Origin: an uncultured Candidatus Rokubacteria bacterium
GTDB taxonomy: Bacteria > Methylomirabilota > Methylomirabilia > Rokubacteriales > CSP1-6
Direction: 5' to 3'
NCBI GenBank assembly: GCA_963771355.1
Contig: CAVYTA010000004.1
Coordinates: forward strand, 248,252 to 312,251
DNA length: 64,000 bases
Shown here one piece after another: positions 50,383 to 62,835 of this stretch (positions are counted from its first letter, which is position 1; the number at the start of each line of letters is the position of its first letter). A program made the position numbers and the translations under genes. A model generated the notes under the pieces. It worked only from the letters and a program-made list of their open reading frames with translations, made no database searches and had not been told where the DNA came from.

Positions 50383-52035
50383 ATGCTCCACCGCGCCGGC
50401 CGCGTGCTCCTGCTGCTTGCGGCCGGTGCGCTCGCCGCATGCGGCGCCGACGTGGAGGTGCGGACGGAGGCGGCGGATGGGAGCGCGCCCGCCCGCGCCT
50501 ACGGCGACACCTTCGTCGAGGCCTCCATCGGCGACATCGGCACGCTCATCCCCACGCTGGCCTCCGACGCTCCCTCGCACGAGATCGGCGGCTGGGTGTA
50601 CGACGGGCTCGTGCGGCACGACAAGAACCTGAACAACGTGGCCGCGATGGCGGAGTCCTGGAGCTTCAGCGAGGACTGCCTCGCGCTCACCTTCAAGCTG
50701 CGCCGGGACGTGAAGTGGCATGACGGGGAGCCGTTCACCGCCGAGGACGTCGTCTTCACCTGGAAGGCCATCGTTCACCCCAAGACGCCCGCGCCCTTCA
50801 AGGAGAAGTTCCTCCAGATCAAGACGGTGGAGGCCCTGGACCCGCACACGGTGCGGGTGACCTATCCGCAGCCCTATGCCCGGGCGCTGGAGAGCTGGCA
50901 GGAGTACATCCTGCCCAAGCATCGGCTCGAGCCCTACGTGGCCGAGGGCAAGCTGCGCGAATCACCCCAGAACAAGCTGCCCATCGGCACCGGGGCCTAT
51001 CGCTTCAAGGAGTGGCGGAGCGGCGAGAAGGTGGTGCTGGTGGCCAATCCCGACTACTACCTGGGCAAGCCCTACCTCTCTCGCATCGTCTACCGCGTGA
51101 TCCCGAGCCAGGCGACGATCTTCCTCGAGCTCAAGGCGCGCGGGGTGGACTATTCCCAGGGGCTCACCGCCATCCAGTACATGCGCCAGACGGAATACCC
51201 TGCCTTCCGGAAGGCCTATCAGAAGTTCCGGTATCCCGGCAACAGCTACACGTTCCTCGCCTTCAACCTGAAGGACCCCCGCTTCGCGGACCGGCGGGTC
51301 CGCCAGGCCTTCGCGCACGCGATCAACAAGAAGGAGCTCGTCGAGGGCGTGGCCATGGGGCTGGCCCGCGAGGTGGACGGCCCCGTGCGGCCCGGGAGCT
51401 GGGCCTATACCGACCGGGTGACGCACTTCGAGTTCGATCCCGCGAAGGCCAAGGAGCTCCTGGCCGCGGCCGGCTGGAGCGACCGCGACGGGGATGGGCT
51501 GGTGGAGGACCAGGACGGCAAGCCCTTCGTCTTCACCATCCGGACCAATCAGGGTAACGACGAGCGAAAGAAGATCGCCGAGATCATCCAGCAGCGCCTG
51601 GCCGAGGTGGGGGTGAAGGCGGAGATCCAGATCATCGACTGGGCCTCCTTCATCAAGGAGTTCGTGAAGCCGCGGAAGTTCGACGCGCTGGTCCTGGGGC
51701 TCGGGTCCGGGACGGACCCGGATCAGTACGTGATCTGGCACTCCTCGCAAACCGGCCCCGATCAGATGAACCGGACCGGCTACGCCAATCCCGAGGTGGA
51801 CGCGCTCCTCGAGCGCGGCCGGGCGTCCTGCCATCAGCCGCAGCGCCTCCAGCACTACCACCGCATCCAGGAAATCCTCGCCGAGGACGTGCCGATGCTC
51901 TTCCTCTACGTCCGCGACGCCCTCCCGGTGGTGTCCTCCCGCATCCACGGGCTGGATCCGGGGCCGTCCGGCATCACCTACAACTTCCACGAGTGGTTCG
52001 TGCCGACGCCGCTCCAGGTCTACACTTCCGGCTAG
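50383..52035 (+). CDS. Peptide/nickel ABC transporter substrate-binding lipoprotein (family 5)
   Basis: LAAC lipobox; FKLR.DVKWHDG.PFTAEDV.FT. Confidence 0.92.
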   Translation: MLHRAGRVLLLLAAGALAACGADVEVRTEAADGSAPARAYGDTFVEASIGDIGTLIPTLASDAPSHEIGGWVYDGLVRHDKNLNNVAAMAESWSFSEDCLALTFKLRRDVKWHDGEPFTAEDVVFTWKAIVHPKTPAPFKEKFLQIKTVEALDPHTVRVTYPQPYARALESWQEYILPKHRLEPYVAEGKLRESPQNKLPIGTGAYRFKEWRSGEKVVLVANPDYYLGKPYLSRIVYRVIPSQATIFLELKARGVDYSQGLTAIQYMRQTEYPAFRKAYQKFRYPGNSYTFLAFNLKDPRFADRRVRQAFAHAINKKELVEGVAMGLAREVDGPVRPGSWAYTDRVTHFEFDPAKAKELLAAAGWSDRDGDGLVEDQDGKPFVFTIRTNQGNDERKKIAEIIQQRLAEVGVKAEIQIIDWASFIKEFVKPRKFDALVLGLGSGTDPDQYVIWHSSQTGPDQMNRTGYANPEVDALLERGRASCHQPQRLQHYHRIQEILAEDVPMLFLYVRDALPVVSSRIHGLDPGPSGITYNFHEWFVPTPLQVYTSG

Positions 52036-53028
52036 ATGGGACCGTTCCTCATCCGGCGGCTCCTGGTCGTCGTGCCGCTTCTGATTGGTATCACCTTCGT
52101 GTCCTTCATCGTGATCTCGCTGGCCCCCGGTGGCCCCCTGGACTTCCTGGAGGGGGAGAGCCCGGACCTCTCGCCGGAGGTCAGGAAGCAGCTCACCGAG
52201 CTCTACGGGCTGGACAAGCCGCTGGTGGTCCAGTACTGGAGCTGGCTCACCCGGCTGGCGCGGCTCGACTTCGGGCGCTCGTTCCTGCCGGACGGCAAGC
52301 CCGTGCTCACCAAGATCGGCGAGCGGCTGCCGGTGACCCTGCTGCTGAACATCGTGGAGATGCTCATCATCCTGGCGGTGGCGGTGCCCATCGGCGTCAT
52401 GTCGGCCGTCCGCCAGGGCTCGAACTTCGACAAGGTGACCACGCTGTTCGTGTTCATCGGGTTCGCCACGCCGGACTTCTGGCTGGCGCTCCTGTTGATG
52501 TCGCTGTTCGGCGCTCAGCTGGGCTGGCTGCCCATCTCGGGGCTGCGCTCGCTGAACTGGGAGTACCTGTCGTTCTGGCACCAGCAGCTCGACTTCGTCA
52601 GCCACCTGGCGCTGCCCATCGCCGTGGCCACCTTCGGTGGGCTTGCCGGATTCTCCCGGTACATGCGGCAGAGCATGCTCGAGGTGGTGCGTCAGGACTA
52701 CGTGCAGACGGCGCGGGCCAAGGGCCTGTCCGAGCGGGTCGTCATCGGCAAGCACGCGCTGCGGAACGCGCTGCTCCCCGTGGTGACCATCCTCGGTCTT
52801 TCCCTGCCCGGCCTCATCGGCGGCAGCGTCATCATCGAGTCGATCTTCGCCATTCCCGGCATGGGCCAGCTCATGGTGCAGTCCATCTACGCGCGCGACT
52901 ACCCGGTGGTGATGGGCAATCTGGTGGTGGTCGCGGTCCTCACGCTCTTCGCCAATCTCTTCGCCGACATCGCCTACGGTCTCGTGGATCCGCGCATCCG
53001 CCTGGGCGGGCGCCGCGGGCGCCGCTGA
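52036..53028 (+). CDS. Peptide ABC transporter permease (OppB/DppB-like)
   Basis: [18 protein letters not shown]. Confidence 0.93.
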   Translation: MGPFLIRRLLVVVPLLIGITFVSFIVISLAPGGPLDFLEGESPDLSPEVRKQLTELYGLDKPLVVQYWSWLTRLARLDFGRSFLPDGKPVLTKIGERLPVTLLLNIVEMLIILAVAVPIGVMSAVRQGSNFDKVTTLFVFIGFATPDFWLALLLMSLFGAQLGWLPISGLRSLNWEYLSFWHQQLDFVSHLALPIAVATFGGLAGFSRYMRQSMLEVVRQDYVQTARAKGLSERVVIGKHALRNALLPVVTILGLSLPGLIGGSVIIESIFAIPGMGQLMVQSIYARDYPVVMGNLVVVAVLTLFANLFADIAYGLVDPRIRLGGRRGRR

Positions 53029-53915
53029 TGGCGGTGCGCGGCCGCGGGGAGATGCGCGCGTTCTGGCGGACCTTCGTCCGCAATCACCTCGCGGTCGGGG
53101 GCGGGATCGTGGTGAGCTTCCTGGTCGCCCTCGCGGTATTCGCCCCCCTGCTCGCGCCCTGGGATCCCAACAAGCCCGATACCCGGCGCATCCTCACGCC
53201 GCCCTCGCCCAGTCACCCCCTCGGCACCGACCAGATCGGCCGCGACGTGCTCTCCCGTGTGCTCTACGGCGCGCGGGTGTCCCTGGCGGTGGGGTTCGTC
53301 TCCGTGGGCATCGCCACCATCATCGGGATCCTCCTCGGCGCCGCCGCGGGCTATCACGGCGGCCTCGTGGACGCAGTGATCATGCGAGCGGTGGACCTCA
53401 TGCTGGTGTTCCCCCGCTTCTTCCTCCTCCTCGCCGTGCTCGCCTTCCTCAAGCCATCCATCTGGACCATCATGGTGGTGATCGGGCTTTCGGGGTGGAT
53501 GGGGGTGGCGCGGCTCGTGCGGGCGGAGTTCCTGACCCTCCGCGAGCGCGAGTTCGTGGTGTGGTCGGAGTCCATCGGCGCGAGCGCGGCGCGGGTGGTA
53601 TTCCGGCACATCCTGCCCAATGCCCTGGCGCCGGTCCTGGTGGCCATGACGCTCGGCATCCCCGCGGCTATCCTGACGGAGTCGGGCCTGTCCTTTCTCG
53701 GGCTCGGCGTCCAGCCTCCGTACGCGACCTGGGGCAATATCCTCACCGACGGCAAGGACGCCCTCGAGATCGCCTGGTGGATGACGCTGTACCCCGGCCT
53801 GGCCATCCTGATCACGGTGCTGTCCTACAACCTCCTGGGCGAGGGAATACGGGACGCGCTCGACCCGCGCCTCCGCCAGGCCCGCGCGGGCCGGATCGGT
53901 CGCGCCAGGCGCTAG
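53028..53915 (+). CDS. Peptide ABC transporter permease (OppC/DppC-like)
   Basis: HPLGTD..GRD, RHILPN, LSFLGLG, RDALDPR. Confidence 0.93.
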   Translation: MAVRGRGEMRAFWRTFVRNHLAVGGGIVVSFLVALAVFAPLLAPWDPNKPDTRRILTPPSPSHPLGTDQIGRDVLSRVLYGARVSLAVGFVSVGIATIIGILLGAAAGYHGGLVDAVIMRAVDLMLVFPRFFLLLAVLAFLKPSIWTIMVVIGLSGWMGVARLVRAEFLTLREREFVVWSESIGASAARVVFRHILPNALAPVLVAMTLGIPAAILTESGLSFLGLGVQPPYATWGNILTDGKDALEIAWWMTLYPGLAILITVLSYNLLGEGIRDALDPRLRQARAGRIGRARR

Positions 53916-53921
53916 CGTTCG

Positions 53922-53951
53922 TTGACAAGGCGCGCCGGCGCAGGGCATACT
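53922..53951 (+). promoter_or_regulatory. Sigma70 promoter of tRNA-Leu
   Basis: TTGACA-18bp-CATACT, 14 nt upstream of the tRNA. Confidence 0.7.
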
Positions 53952-53965
53952 TTCCGCTCGCTGGC

Positions 53966-54050
<85 letters not shown>

Positions 54051-54541
54051 CTGATCTGTAAGTCATCGACCAGCGCGTGATCTTCGTCGCCACGCCTCTC
54101 AGACGACGAACGAGGACTTCAGCGCGCTGAGCCGTAACCCGCCATCATCCACGACGGTCATCTCGATGAAGCCGGACGGATCTGTCTTTTTCCATGGCAG
54201 TTCCGAGAGGATGCTAATCGAATAGATGACACCCGGGCCGGCCTTCCTCGTCTTCACGTCATAGGCGCCCAGAACGAGCGCTCCTGGTACTCGTACGCCT
54301 GGTAGTTGCAGCGTGTCTCGATCACTCGCCGGGCGAACTCTTGCACCGCTCGAGGCACGGTAGAATCGCCGGGAAACTGGATCTTGGAGTTTACGGGAAC
54401 AGCAAGCCGCGCACCAACTCAGCCGCCAAGCCGCCCAGAAGTGACCCGGCACCAGACTCGCCGGTTCGCCAGGGGCGCCGCAATGATCGTGCCCGCCTCG
54501 AGCAAATCTGCCGCTACCCCTCCCGTCGCACTACGTGTTGC

Positions 54542-54557
54542 TAGCACCAAGGTCCTA
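54542..54557. promoter_or_regulatory. Imperfect palindromic operator, copy 1
   Basis: TAGCAC-CAAG-GTCCTA; 13/16 identical to 54816-54831. Confidence 0.55.
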
Positions 54558-54635
54558 TAGCGATGGTCCCGGGCTGGCCCTAGATTCGGGCGCGCAAGGG
54601 GCACGACTACCGAGGACGCGAGTTCGGAGGGCGTC

Positions 54636-54716
54636 ATGATGAGCGACTGGTTGGTGTTCACGGTGACGGCGGCGGTGACGATGTTGATCGGGAAGTTCCT
54701 CTTCTCGGGATGGTAG
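54636..54716 (+). CDS. Putative 26-aa single-TM small protein
   Basis: GGAGGG RBS; MMSDWLVFTVTAAVTMLIGKFLFSGW. Confidence 0.5.
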   Translation: MMSDWLVFTVTAAVTMLIGKFLFSGW

Positions 54717-54815
54717 ACATGCGCGGCTTTCGACTCAGCGCTGCCCCCAGCGGAGGGGGTGTTAGTCGTTCCGATCCGCTCTCGTGGGGGGGCCCTCGAT
54801 CCCGCCCCGTTTCGG

Positions 54816-54831
54816 TAGGACTAAGGTCTTA
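54816..54831. promoter_or_regulatory. Imperfect palindromic operator, copy 2, upstream of frdC
   Basis: TAGGAC-TAAG-GTCTTA. Confidence 0.55.
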
Positions 54832-54941
54832 TTGTGGGGTCGGCCGGCCATCCCTATCGTCACGCAGGTGGGCCTCAAATGCGCGACACCCTGCTCAACG
54901 GCCGGCCACCCGCCCGCCTCTAAGAAGCGAGGACGAATCGT

Positions 54942-55718
54942 ATGAGCAAAGTGATAGCCGGCGTCGGTCTCGCCGATCGGCCGCGCAAGAGCCACTGGCC
55001 GGCGCGTATGGATCTCGCGCAGAGTGCCAGCGGACTGCTCCTCGGTCTGTTCATGTGGGGGCACATGTTCTTCGTGTCCACCATCCTGATCAGCAACGAC
55101 GCGATGTGGATGGTCACGAAGGCGTTCGAAGGCTACTACGTTTTCGGGCGAGCCTTCCCGAAGTTCGTCTCGGTGATCGTCACCATCGTGTCCGTGTTGT
55201 TCATGGCCCACGCCTTCCTGGCCATGCGCAAGTTCCCCGCCGATTACCGACAGTACCGCCTGTTTGTCGGCCACAAGAACCTGCTGCATCACTCCGACAC
55301 CAGCTTGTGGTGGCTGCAGGTCGTGACCGGGTTCCTGCTGTTCTTCCTTGGCCCTCCCCACCTCTACCAGATGCTCATGCATCCGGAAGGCATCGGCCCC
55401 TACGGGTCCGCGGATCGCGTGTGGAGCGGGATGTGGTGGCCGCTTTATCTGCTCTTGCTGTTCTGCGTCGAGCTGCACGGGGGGGTGGGATTGTATCGGC
55501 TGGTCGTGAAGTGGGGTTGGCTCGAAGGCGGCGACCCCAATCGCTCGCGTCGGCGCCTCACCCGCCTCAAGTGGGGGATCACCACGTTCTTCCTCGCGCT
55601 CGGGCTGCTCACACTCGGGGCGTACATGAAGATCGGCTATCAGCACCGTGACCGCGTCGGCGAGGAATACGTCCCGAGCTGGGTACAGCCCAGCCCGCCA
55701 TCGGGGGTCCGCCGATGA
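54942..55718 (+). CDS. frdC: Fumarate reductase dihaem cytochrome b subunit (Wolinella type)
   Basis: [21 protein letters not shown]; His ligands in GHM, AHA, PHL, ELHG. Confidence 0.93.
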   Translation: MSKVIAGVGLADRPRKSHWPARMDLAQSASGLLLGLFMWGHMFFVSTILISNDAMWMVTKAFEGYYVFGRAFPKFVSVIVTIVSVLFMAHAFLAMRKFPADYRQYRLFVGHKNLLHHSDTSLWWLQVVTGFLLFFLGPPHLYQMLMHPEGIGPYGSADRVWSGMWWPLYLLLLFCVELHGGVGLYRLVVKWGWLEGGDPNRSRRRLTRLKWGITTFFLALGLLTLGAYMKIGYQHRDRVGEEYVPSWVQPSPPSGVRR

Positions 55719-57694
55719 AGATCATCTACACCGATGTCCTCGTCATCGGCGGCGGGCTTGCCGGACTACGCCTGGCGATCGGCGCCAAGCGCCGCGGCCA
55801 CGAGGCGATCATCCTGTCGCTCGTGCCGGCCAAGCGTTCGCACTCCAAGGCCGCCCAGGGCGGCATGCAGGCGAGCCTCGGCAACGTCATCAAGGGGCAG
55901 GGCGACAACGAGGACGTGCACTTCGAGGACACCGTGCGCGGCAGCGACTGGGGCGCCGATCAACGAGTCGTGCGCATGTTCGTCAACACCGCGCCCAAGG
56001 CGGTGCGCGAGCTCGCCGCCTGGGGCGTGCCGTGGAGCCGCGTCCGCAAGGGCGATCGCGAGGTCATCATCAACGGCCAGAAGATCACCATCACCGAGCG
56101 CGATGCCGCGCACGGCCTGCTGGCGCAACGCGACTTCGGCGGCACCAAGAAGTGGCGCACCTGCTACGTCTCGGATGGCACCGGTCACGCGATGATCACC
56201 GCCATGGCCGACCAGGCGATCGCCGCCTCGATTCCGGTGCACGAGCGCACCGAGGCGCTGGCATTGATCCACGATGGCGGTCGCTGCTACGGGGCGGTGG
56301 TCCGCGATCTGATCACCGGCCAGCTCACCGCGTATGTGGCCAAGGCCACCGCCATCGCCACCGGCGGGGCCGGCGTCCTGTACCGCGTCACGACCAACGC
56401 GGTGATCTGCGAGGGCATCGGCCACGCGATTGCGCTCGAGACCGGCGTCGCCACGCTCGGCAACATGGAGGCGGTGCAGTTTCATCCCACCGGGATCTTC
56501 CCGGCCGGCATTCTCGTGACCGAAGGGTGCCGCGGCGACGGCGGCTTGCTCAAGGATGTCGACGGCCACCGCTTCATGCCGGACTACGAGCCCGAGAAGA
56601 AGGAGCTGGCCTCGCGCGACGTGGTCTCGCGGCGCATGGAAGAGCACCTCGGCAAGGGCAAGGGCGCCAAGAACCGCTTCGGTGAACACCTCTGGCTCGA
56701 CATCACCTTGCTGGGAGAGAACCACATCAAGCACAACCTGCGCGAGGTCTACGAGATCTGCCATTACTTCCTCGGCGTGGACCCGGTCAAGGAGTGGATC
56801 CCGGTGCGCCCGGCCCAGCACTACACCATGGGCGGCGTGCGCACCACGCCGACCGGCGAGAGCCCGACCTTGAAGGGCCTGTTCTCGGCGGGCGAAGCGG
56901 CCTGCTGGGACATGCATGGCTTCAACCGCCTGGGCGGCAACTCGGTAGCCGAGACCGTCGTGGCCGGCATGATCGTGGGCGAGTTCATCAGTGACTTTTG
57001 CGACCGATCCGAGAACAACGTCAACATCCCGACCGCCCTGGTGCACGGCTATCTCGAGCGCGAGCAGGCCAAGCTCACGGCCATGCTCACGGGCGGCGGC
57101 ACGGAAGCCGCGATGGACCTCCGGGTGGCGATGCAGCAGATCATGACCGGCAAGGTCGGCATCTTCCGGCGCGGCGCGGATCTCGAGGAGGCCGTCGATG
57201 AGCTGCAGGCGCTGCTGGTACGCAGCCGCAACATCGGCGTGCGCTCCCGCGCCGCCGGCGCCAATCCGGAGCTGGTGGCGGCGTACCGCACGCAGAAGAT
57301 GTTGAAGCTCGCGGTCACGGTCGCCTATGGCGCCCTCGTCCGCACGGAAAGCCGCGGCGCCCATTTCCGCGAAGACTATCCGCGCCGCAACGACGCCGAG
57401 TGGCTCAAGCGCACGCTCGCATCCTGGACCAACGAGCAGGACACGCTGCCAACCCTGCGCTACGAGTCCCTGGATGTGAAGACGATGGAGCTGCCGCCCG
57501 GCTGGCGCGGGTATGGCACCAAGGACTACACCGACCATCCCGACACTCCCGCGCGACAGCAAGAAGTCGATGCTCTCAGGGCGAAGCTGGCGCCGGCCGG
57601 ACGCTTCGCCGTGCAGAAGGCGCTCCTGCCCTACGAGGAGCTGCTCCCGCCGCGCTTCCGCGGCCCCAACGAACGCATCGACGAGAGGTTTTGA
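55715..57694 (+). CDS. frdA: Fumarate reductase flavoprotein subunit
   Basis: [36 protein letters not shown]. Confidence 0.95.
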   Translation: MKIIYTDVLVIGGGLAGLRLAIGAKRRGHEAIILSLVPAKRSHSKAAQGGMQASLGNVIKGQGDNEDVHFEDTVRGSDWGADQRVVRMFVNTAPKAVRELAAWGVPWSRVRKGDREVIINGQKITITERDAAHGLLAQRDFGGTKKWRTCYVSDGTGHAMITAMADQAIAASIPVHERTEALALIHDGGRCYGAVVRDLITGQLTAYVAKATAIATGGAGVLYRVTTNAVICEGIGHAIALETGVATLGNMEAVQFHPTGIFPAGILVTEGCRGDGGLLKDVDGHRFMPDYEPEKKELASRDVVSRRMEEHLGKGKGAKNRFGEHLWLDITLLGENHIKHNLREVYEICHYFLGVDPVKEWIPVRPAQHYTMGGVRTTPTGESPTLKGLFSAGEAACWDMHGFNRLGGNSVAETVVAGMIVGEFISDFCDRSENNVNIPTALVHGYLEREQAKLTAMLTGGGTEAAMDLRVAMQQIMTGKVGIFRRGADLEEAVDELQALLVRSRNIGVRSRAAGANPELVAAYRTQKMLKLAVTVAYGALVRTESRGAHFREDYPRRNDAEWLKRTLASWTNEQDTLPTLRYESLDVKTMELPPGWRGYGTKDYTDHPDTPARQQEVDALRAKLAPAGRFAVQKALLPYEELLPPRFRGPNERIDERF

Positions 57695-57696
57695 CC

Positions 57697-58437
57697 ATGG
57701 CCGACGACGGCACGCACCGCACGCTCACTCTCCAGATCCTGCGCTACAACCCGCAGGAGCCTGCCAGCACGCCCCGCATGCAGCCCTACCAGCTCGAAGA
57801 GGCCGACGGCATGACCCTCTTCATCGCCCTCAACGAGATCCGTGAGAAGCAGGACCCCTCACTGCAGTTCGACTTCGTGTGCCGGGCCGGCATCTGCGGC
57901 AGCTGCGGGATGATGATCAACGGCCGACCGGGGCTCGCCTGCCGCACCCTCACCAAGCAGCTCACGCCGGAGACCACCCTGGCGCCGCTTCCGGTGTTCG
58001 AGCTGATCGGCGACCTGTCGGTCAACACCGGCAAGTGGATGCGCCACATGAGCGAGCGGCTCGCGACCTGGGTGCACATGAAGACCGAGGAAGTCGACCT
58101 GCAGCGCATCGAGGAGGGGATGGAGCCGGAGCTGGCGGACCAGATCTACCTCCTCGACCGGTGCATCGAGTGCGGCTGCTGTGTCGCCGCCTGCGGCACC
58201 GCGCGGATGCGCGAGGACTTCGTCGGCGCGGTGGGGCTCAATCGGATCGCGCGCTTTCGTCTCGACCCGCGGGATACGCGTGAGGATGCGGCGTACTACG
58301 AGCTGATCGGCGACGACAGCGGAGTGTTCGGTTGCATGTCCCTGCTTGCCTGCCACGACCTGTGCCCGAAAGACTTGCCACTCCAGACCCAGATCGCCTT
58401 CCTGAGAAGGAAGATGGTCGTGGCGGGACTCAAGTAA
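57697..58437 (+). CDS. frdB: Fumarate reductase iron-sulfur subunit
   Basis: CRAGICGSC, CIECGCC..AC, CMSLLAC...CPK. Confidence 0.95.
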   Translation: MADDGTHRTLTLQILRYNPQEPASTPRMQPYQLEEADGMTLFIALNEIREKQDPSLQFDFVCRAGICGSCGMMINGRPGLACRTLTKQLTPETTLAPLPVFELIGDLSVNTGKWMRHMSERLATWVHMKTEEVDLQRIEEGMEPELADQIYLLDRCIECGCCVAACGTARMREDFVGAVGLNRIARFRLDPRDTREDAAYYELIGDDSGVFGCMSLLACHDLCPKDLPLQTQIAFLRRKMVVAGLK

Positions 58438-58478
58438 CGACACGGCCGCGCGCGCCTTCGCGCGACGAGGAGTGACCA

Positions 58479-59882
<1,404 letters not shown>

Positions 59883-59918
59883 GGGAGAAGGCATGAATCC
59901 TCACCGGGGGGTGGCGGA

Positions 59919-61244
59919 ATGACGATCTCCATCGCGCTGCAGTTCGTGGTCGTGCTCGCCGCCATCTGGATGGGTGCGCGCTTCGGCGGCGTCGGCCTGG
60001 GGCTCTGGGGCGCCGTGGGGCTGCTGATCCTCGTCGTCGCCTTCGGGGTGAACCCCACCTCGCCTCCCGTCGAGGTCATGCTGATCATCCTGGCGGTCAT
60101 CATGGCCGCCTCGGTGATGGAGGCCGCCGGCGGGATCGACTATCTCGTGCGCATCGCCGAGCGCGTCATCCGGGCCAACCCGAAGTACGTCACGATCGTG
60201 GCCCCCCTCACGACCTGGAGCTTCTCGTTCGTGGCGGGCACCGGCCACATCGTCTATCCGCTGCTGCCGGTGATCTACGAGACCGCGCACCAGAGCGGCA
60301 TCCGGCCCGAGCGACCCATGGCGGTCGCGACCATCGCCTCGCAGCAGGCGATCACCGCGAGCCCGGTGGCGGCGGCGACGGCCGCGCTGATCGGGCTCTT
60401 TTCCGAGAAGGGCCTCACCCAGTGGGGACTGCCCCAGATCCTGATGGTGTGCGTGCCGGCCACCTTGATCGGCGTCCTCGCGGCGGCGATCGTCTCGATG
60501 TTCGTCGGCAAGGACTTGAAGGACGACCCCGAGTACCAGGCGCGCCTCAAGTCCGGCGCCATCCCCGCGCCCAAGTCCGCCGCCGATCGGCCGCCGCTCA
60601 AGCCGGGGGCGAAGCTCTCGGCCTTCGTCTTCATCGTCGGCGTGGCGCTCGTCGTGCTCTTCGGCTTCTTCCCCGCCCTGCGCCACCTTCCGGGCGCGAA
60701 GGGCCCGCTCGCCATGCCGATCGTGATCGAGATCGTCATGCTCTCCGTGGCGGCCGTGATGCTGGTGACCACGAAAGTCGCGGTGGACGACGTGCCGAAG
60801 ACCCCGACATTGCGCTCGGGCGTGGTGGCGGTGATCGGTATCTTCGGCCTCGCCTGGCTGGGCGACAGCTTCATCGCGGCGAACCAGGCCGTGATCGTCC
60901 CGGCCATCAGCGCCATGACCGAGGCGGCGCCCTGGACGTTCGCCCTCGGCCTCTTCGGCGCGTCCGTCCTGCTCTACAGCCAGGCGGCGACCACCCGGGC
61001 CCTGATGCCGCTGGGGCTCGCGCTCGGCATCCCGCCCCAGTTCTTGATCGCGATGTTCCCGTCGGTCAACGGCTACTTCTTCATCCCGACCTACGGCTCG
61101 CTGATCGCCGCGATCAACTTCGACCTCTCCGGGACCACCAAGATCGGCAAGTACGTACTGAATCACTCGTTCATGATCCCGGGGCTCGTCGCGACGTCCG
61201 TCGCGGTCTTCGTCGGCCTCGTGCTCGCGAAGCTGATGTTCTAG
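59919..61244 (+). CDS. Anaerobic C4-dicarboxylate transporter (DcuA/DcuB family)
   Basis: GTGH, IRPERP, SQ.AITASP, SQAAT, GTTKIGKYV.NHSF. Confidence 0.93.
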   Translation: MTISIALQFVVVLAAIWMGARFGGVGLGLWGAVGLLILVVAFGVNPTSPPVEVMLIILAVIMAASVMEAAGGIDYLVRIAERVIRANPKYVTIVAPLTTWSFSFVAGTGHIVYPLLPVIYETAHQSGIRPERPMAVATIASQQAITASPVAAATAALIGLFSEKGLTQWGLPQILMVCVPATLIGVLAAAIVSMFVGKDLKDDPEYQARLKSGAIPAPKSAADRPPLKPGAKLSAFVFIVGVALVVLFGFFPALRHLPGAKGPLAMPIVIEIVMLSVAAVMLVTTKVAVDDVPKTPTLRSGVVAVIGIFGLAWLGDSFIAANQAVIVPAISAMTEAAPWTFALGLFGASVLLYSQAATTRALMPLGLALGIPPQFLIAMFPSVNGYFFIPTYGSLIAAINFDLSGTTKIGKYVLNHSFMIPGLVATSVAVFVGLVLAKLMF

Positions 61245-61258
61245 GTGGACGCGTCCGC

Positions 61259-62788
61259 ATGACGGCCTTGACGGTCAAGCGCATGGGCCTGTTCGGGGGG
61301 CCGCTGCTGGGGCTGCTCAGCTATCACCTGCTGCCCACCCAGTACTCGTCCGGGTCCAACCAGTGGGTGGAGTTCACGCCGGCGGGGCGGGCCACCCTCG
61401 CCATGATGGTCTGGATGGCGGGGTGGTGGCTCACCGAGGCGGTGGACATCGAGGTCACCGCGCTTCTGCCGATCGCGGCCTTCCCGCTGCTGGGCATCTC
61501 GCCCCTCGGCAAGGTCCTGGCGCCGTACGCCGCGGACGTGATCTTCCTCTTCATGGGCGGGTTCATCATCGGGCTGGCCATCGAGCGCTGGGGTCTCGAC
61601 CGGCGCATCGCCTTCTTCACCCTGCGCCTGGTCGGGGCGCGGCCGGGCGCCATCGTCGGCGGCTTCATGGTGGTCACCGCCTTCCTGAGCATGTGGGTCT
61701 CCAACACCGCGTGCGCGGCCATGATGGTGCCGATCGCCCTGAGCGTCATCGACCTCGTCCTGAGGACCCGCACCGGCGCCGGCCTGAAGGAGTCCGGCGG
61801 GATTCCCCAGGAGCGGGTGCCCGAGCGCAACTTCGCCACCGGCCTGCTGCTCTGCATCGCCTACGCGGCCTCGATCGGCGGGATCGCCACCATCATCGGC
61901 TCGCCCCCCAACGGCATCGCCGTGCGCTACATCCAGCAGACCTACGGCCGGGACCTGAGCTTCTTCGACTGGCTGCTCGTGGGCGGACCGTTCACGCTCC
62001 TGTTCCTGCCGGTCGCCTGGCTGCTGGTGACCCGCGTCCTGTTCCGCGCCGACCTCGGCGAGATCGCGGGGGGCCGCCGGTACTTCGACGAGGAGTATCG
62101 CAAGCTCGGCCCCTTCACCCGGGGCGAGAAGGCCGTGCTGGCGGTGTTCGCGGCCACCGCCTTTCTCTGGATCTGCAGTCCCCTCCTCAAGGGCCTCGTG
62201 GTCGCGGGCACCCGGCCGCTGGCCGGGCTCTCCGATACGGGGATCGCGATGCTGGCGGCGATGGCGCTGTTTCTCTGGCCGGTAGATCGCGGGACGGGCA
62301 CCCGGGCGATGGACTGGGCCACGGCCAAGAAGCTGCCGTGGGGCGTCCTGATGCTCTTCGGCGGTGGGCTTACGCTCGCCACCGCCATCGAGGCCAACGG
62401 CGTGTCGGCGTTCATCGGGAACGCCAGCCGCGGCCTGGCCGGCCTGCCCCCGCTCGTGCTCCTGCTGGTCATCGTCACCATGACCGTGTTCCTGTCCGAG
62501 CTCACCTCGAACACCGCACAGGTCTCGACTATGGTGCCGGTGCTCGCCGCCATGGCACCCGCGCTCGGCATGAGCCCCTACGTCCTGATCTTCGCATGCA
62601 CGCTCGCCGCCAGCTCCGCCTACATGATGCCGGTGGGTACGCCCCCGAACGCGATCGTGTTCGGGACCGGCCTGGTCCGGCTGCCCCAGATGATGAAGGC
62701 GGGCCTCTGGCTGAACCTCGCAGGGATCCTGCTCATCACGGTCCTGGCCGCGTTGTTCCTCACGCCCGTGTTCGGCCGCGAGCGGTAG
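61259..62788 (+). CDS. DASS/SLC13 sodium-coupled dicarboxylate symporter
   Basis: LSMWVSNTA, IGSPPN, ELTSNTA, MMPVGTPPNAIVF. Confidence 0.93.
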   Translation: MTALTVKRMGLFGGPLLGLLSYHLLPTQYSSGSNQWVEFTPAGRATLAMMVWMAGWWLTEAVDIEVTALLPIAAFPLLGISPLGKVLAPYAADVIFLFMGGFIIGLAIERWGLDRRIAFFTLRLVGARPGAIVGGFMVVTAFLSMWVSNTACAAMMVPIALSVIDLVLRTRTGAGLKESGGIPQERVPERNFATGLLLCIAYAASIGGIATIIGSPPNGIAVRYIQQTYGRDLSFFDWLLVGGPFTLLFLPVAWLLVTRVLFRADLGEIAGGRRYFDEEYRKLGPFTRGEKAVLAVFAATAFLWICSPLLKGLVVAGTRPLAGLSDTGIAMLAAMALFLWPVDRGTGTRAMDWATAKKLPWGVLMLFGGGLTLATAIEANGVSAFIGNASRGLAGLPPLVLLLVIVTMTVFLSELTSNTAQVSTMVPVLAAMAPALGMSPYVLIFACTLAASSAYMMPVGTPPNAIVFGTGLVRLPQMMKAGLWLNLAGILLITVLAALFLTPVFGRER

Positions 62789-62835
62789 CCGTCAACCAGC
62801 GGGGCGCCACGGGGCGCCCCCAGGAGAAGCAATCG

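Noticed and set aside
54099..54452. Minus-strand ORF after the tRNA as an integrase remnant
   Set aside because: No tyrosine or serine recombinase motifs are recognisable, so it is left unassigned.
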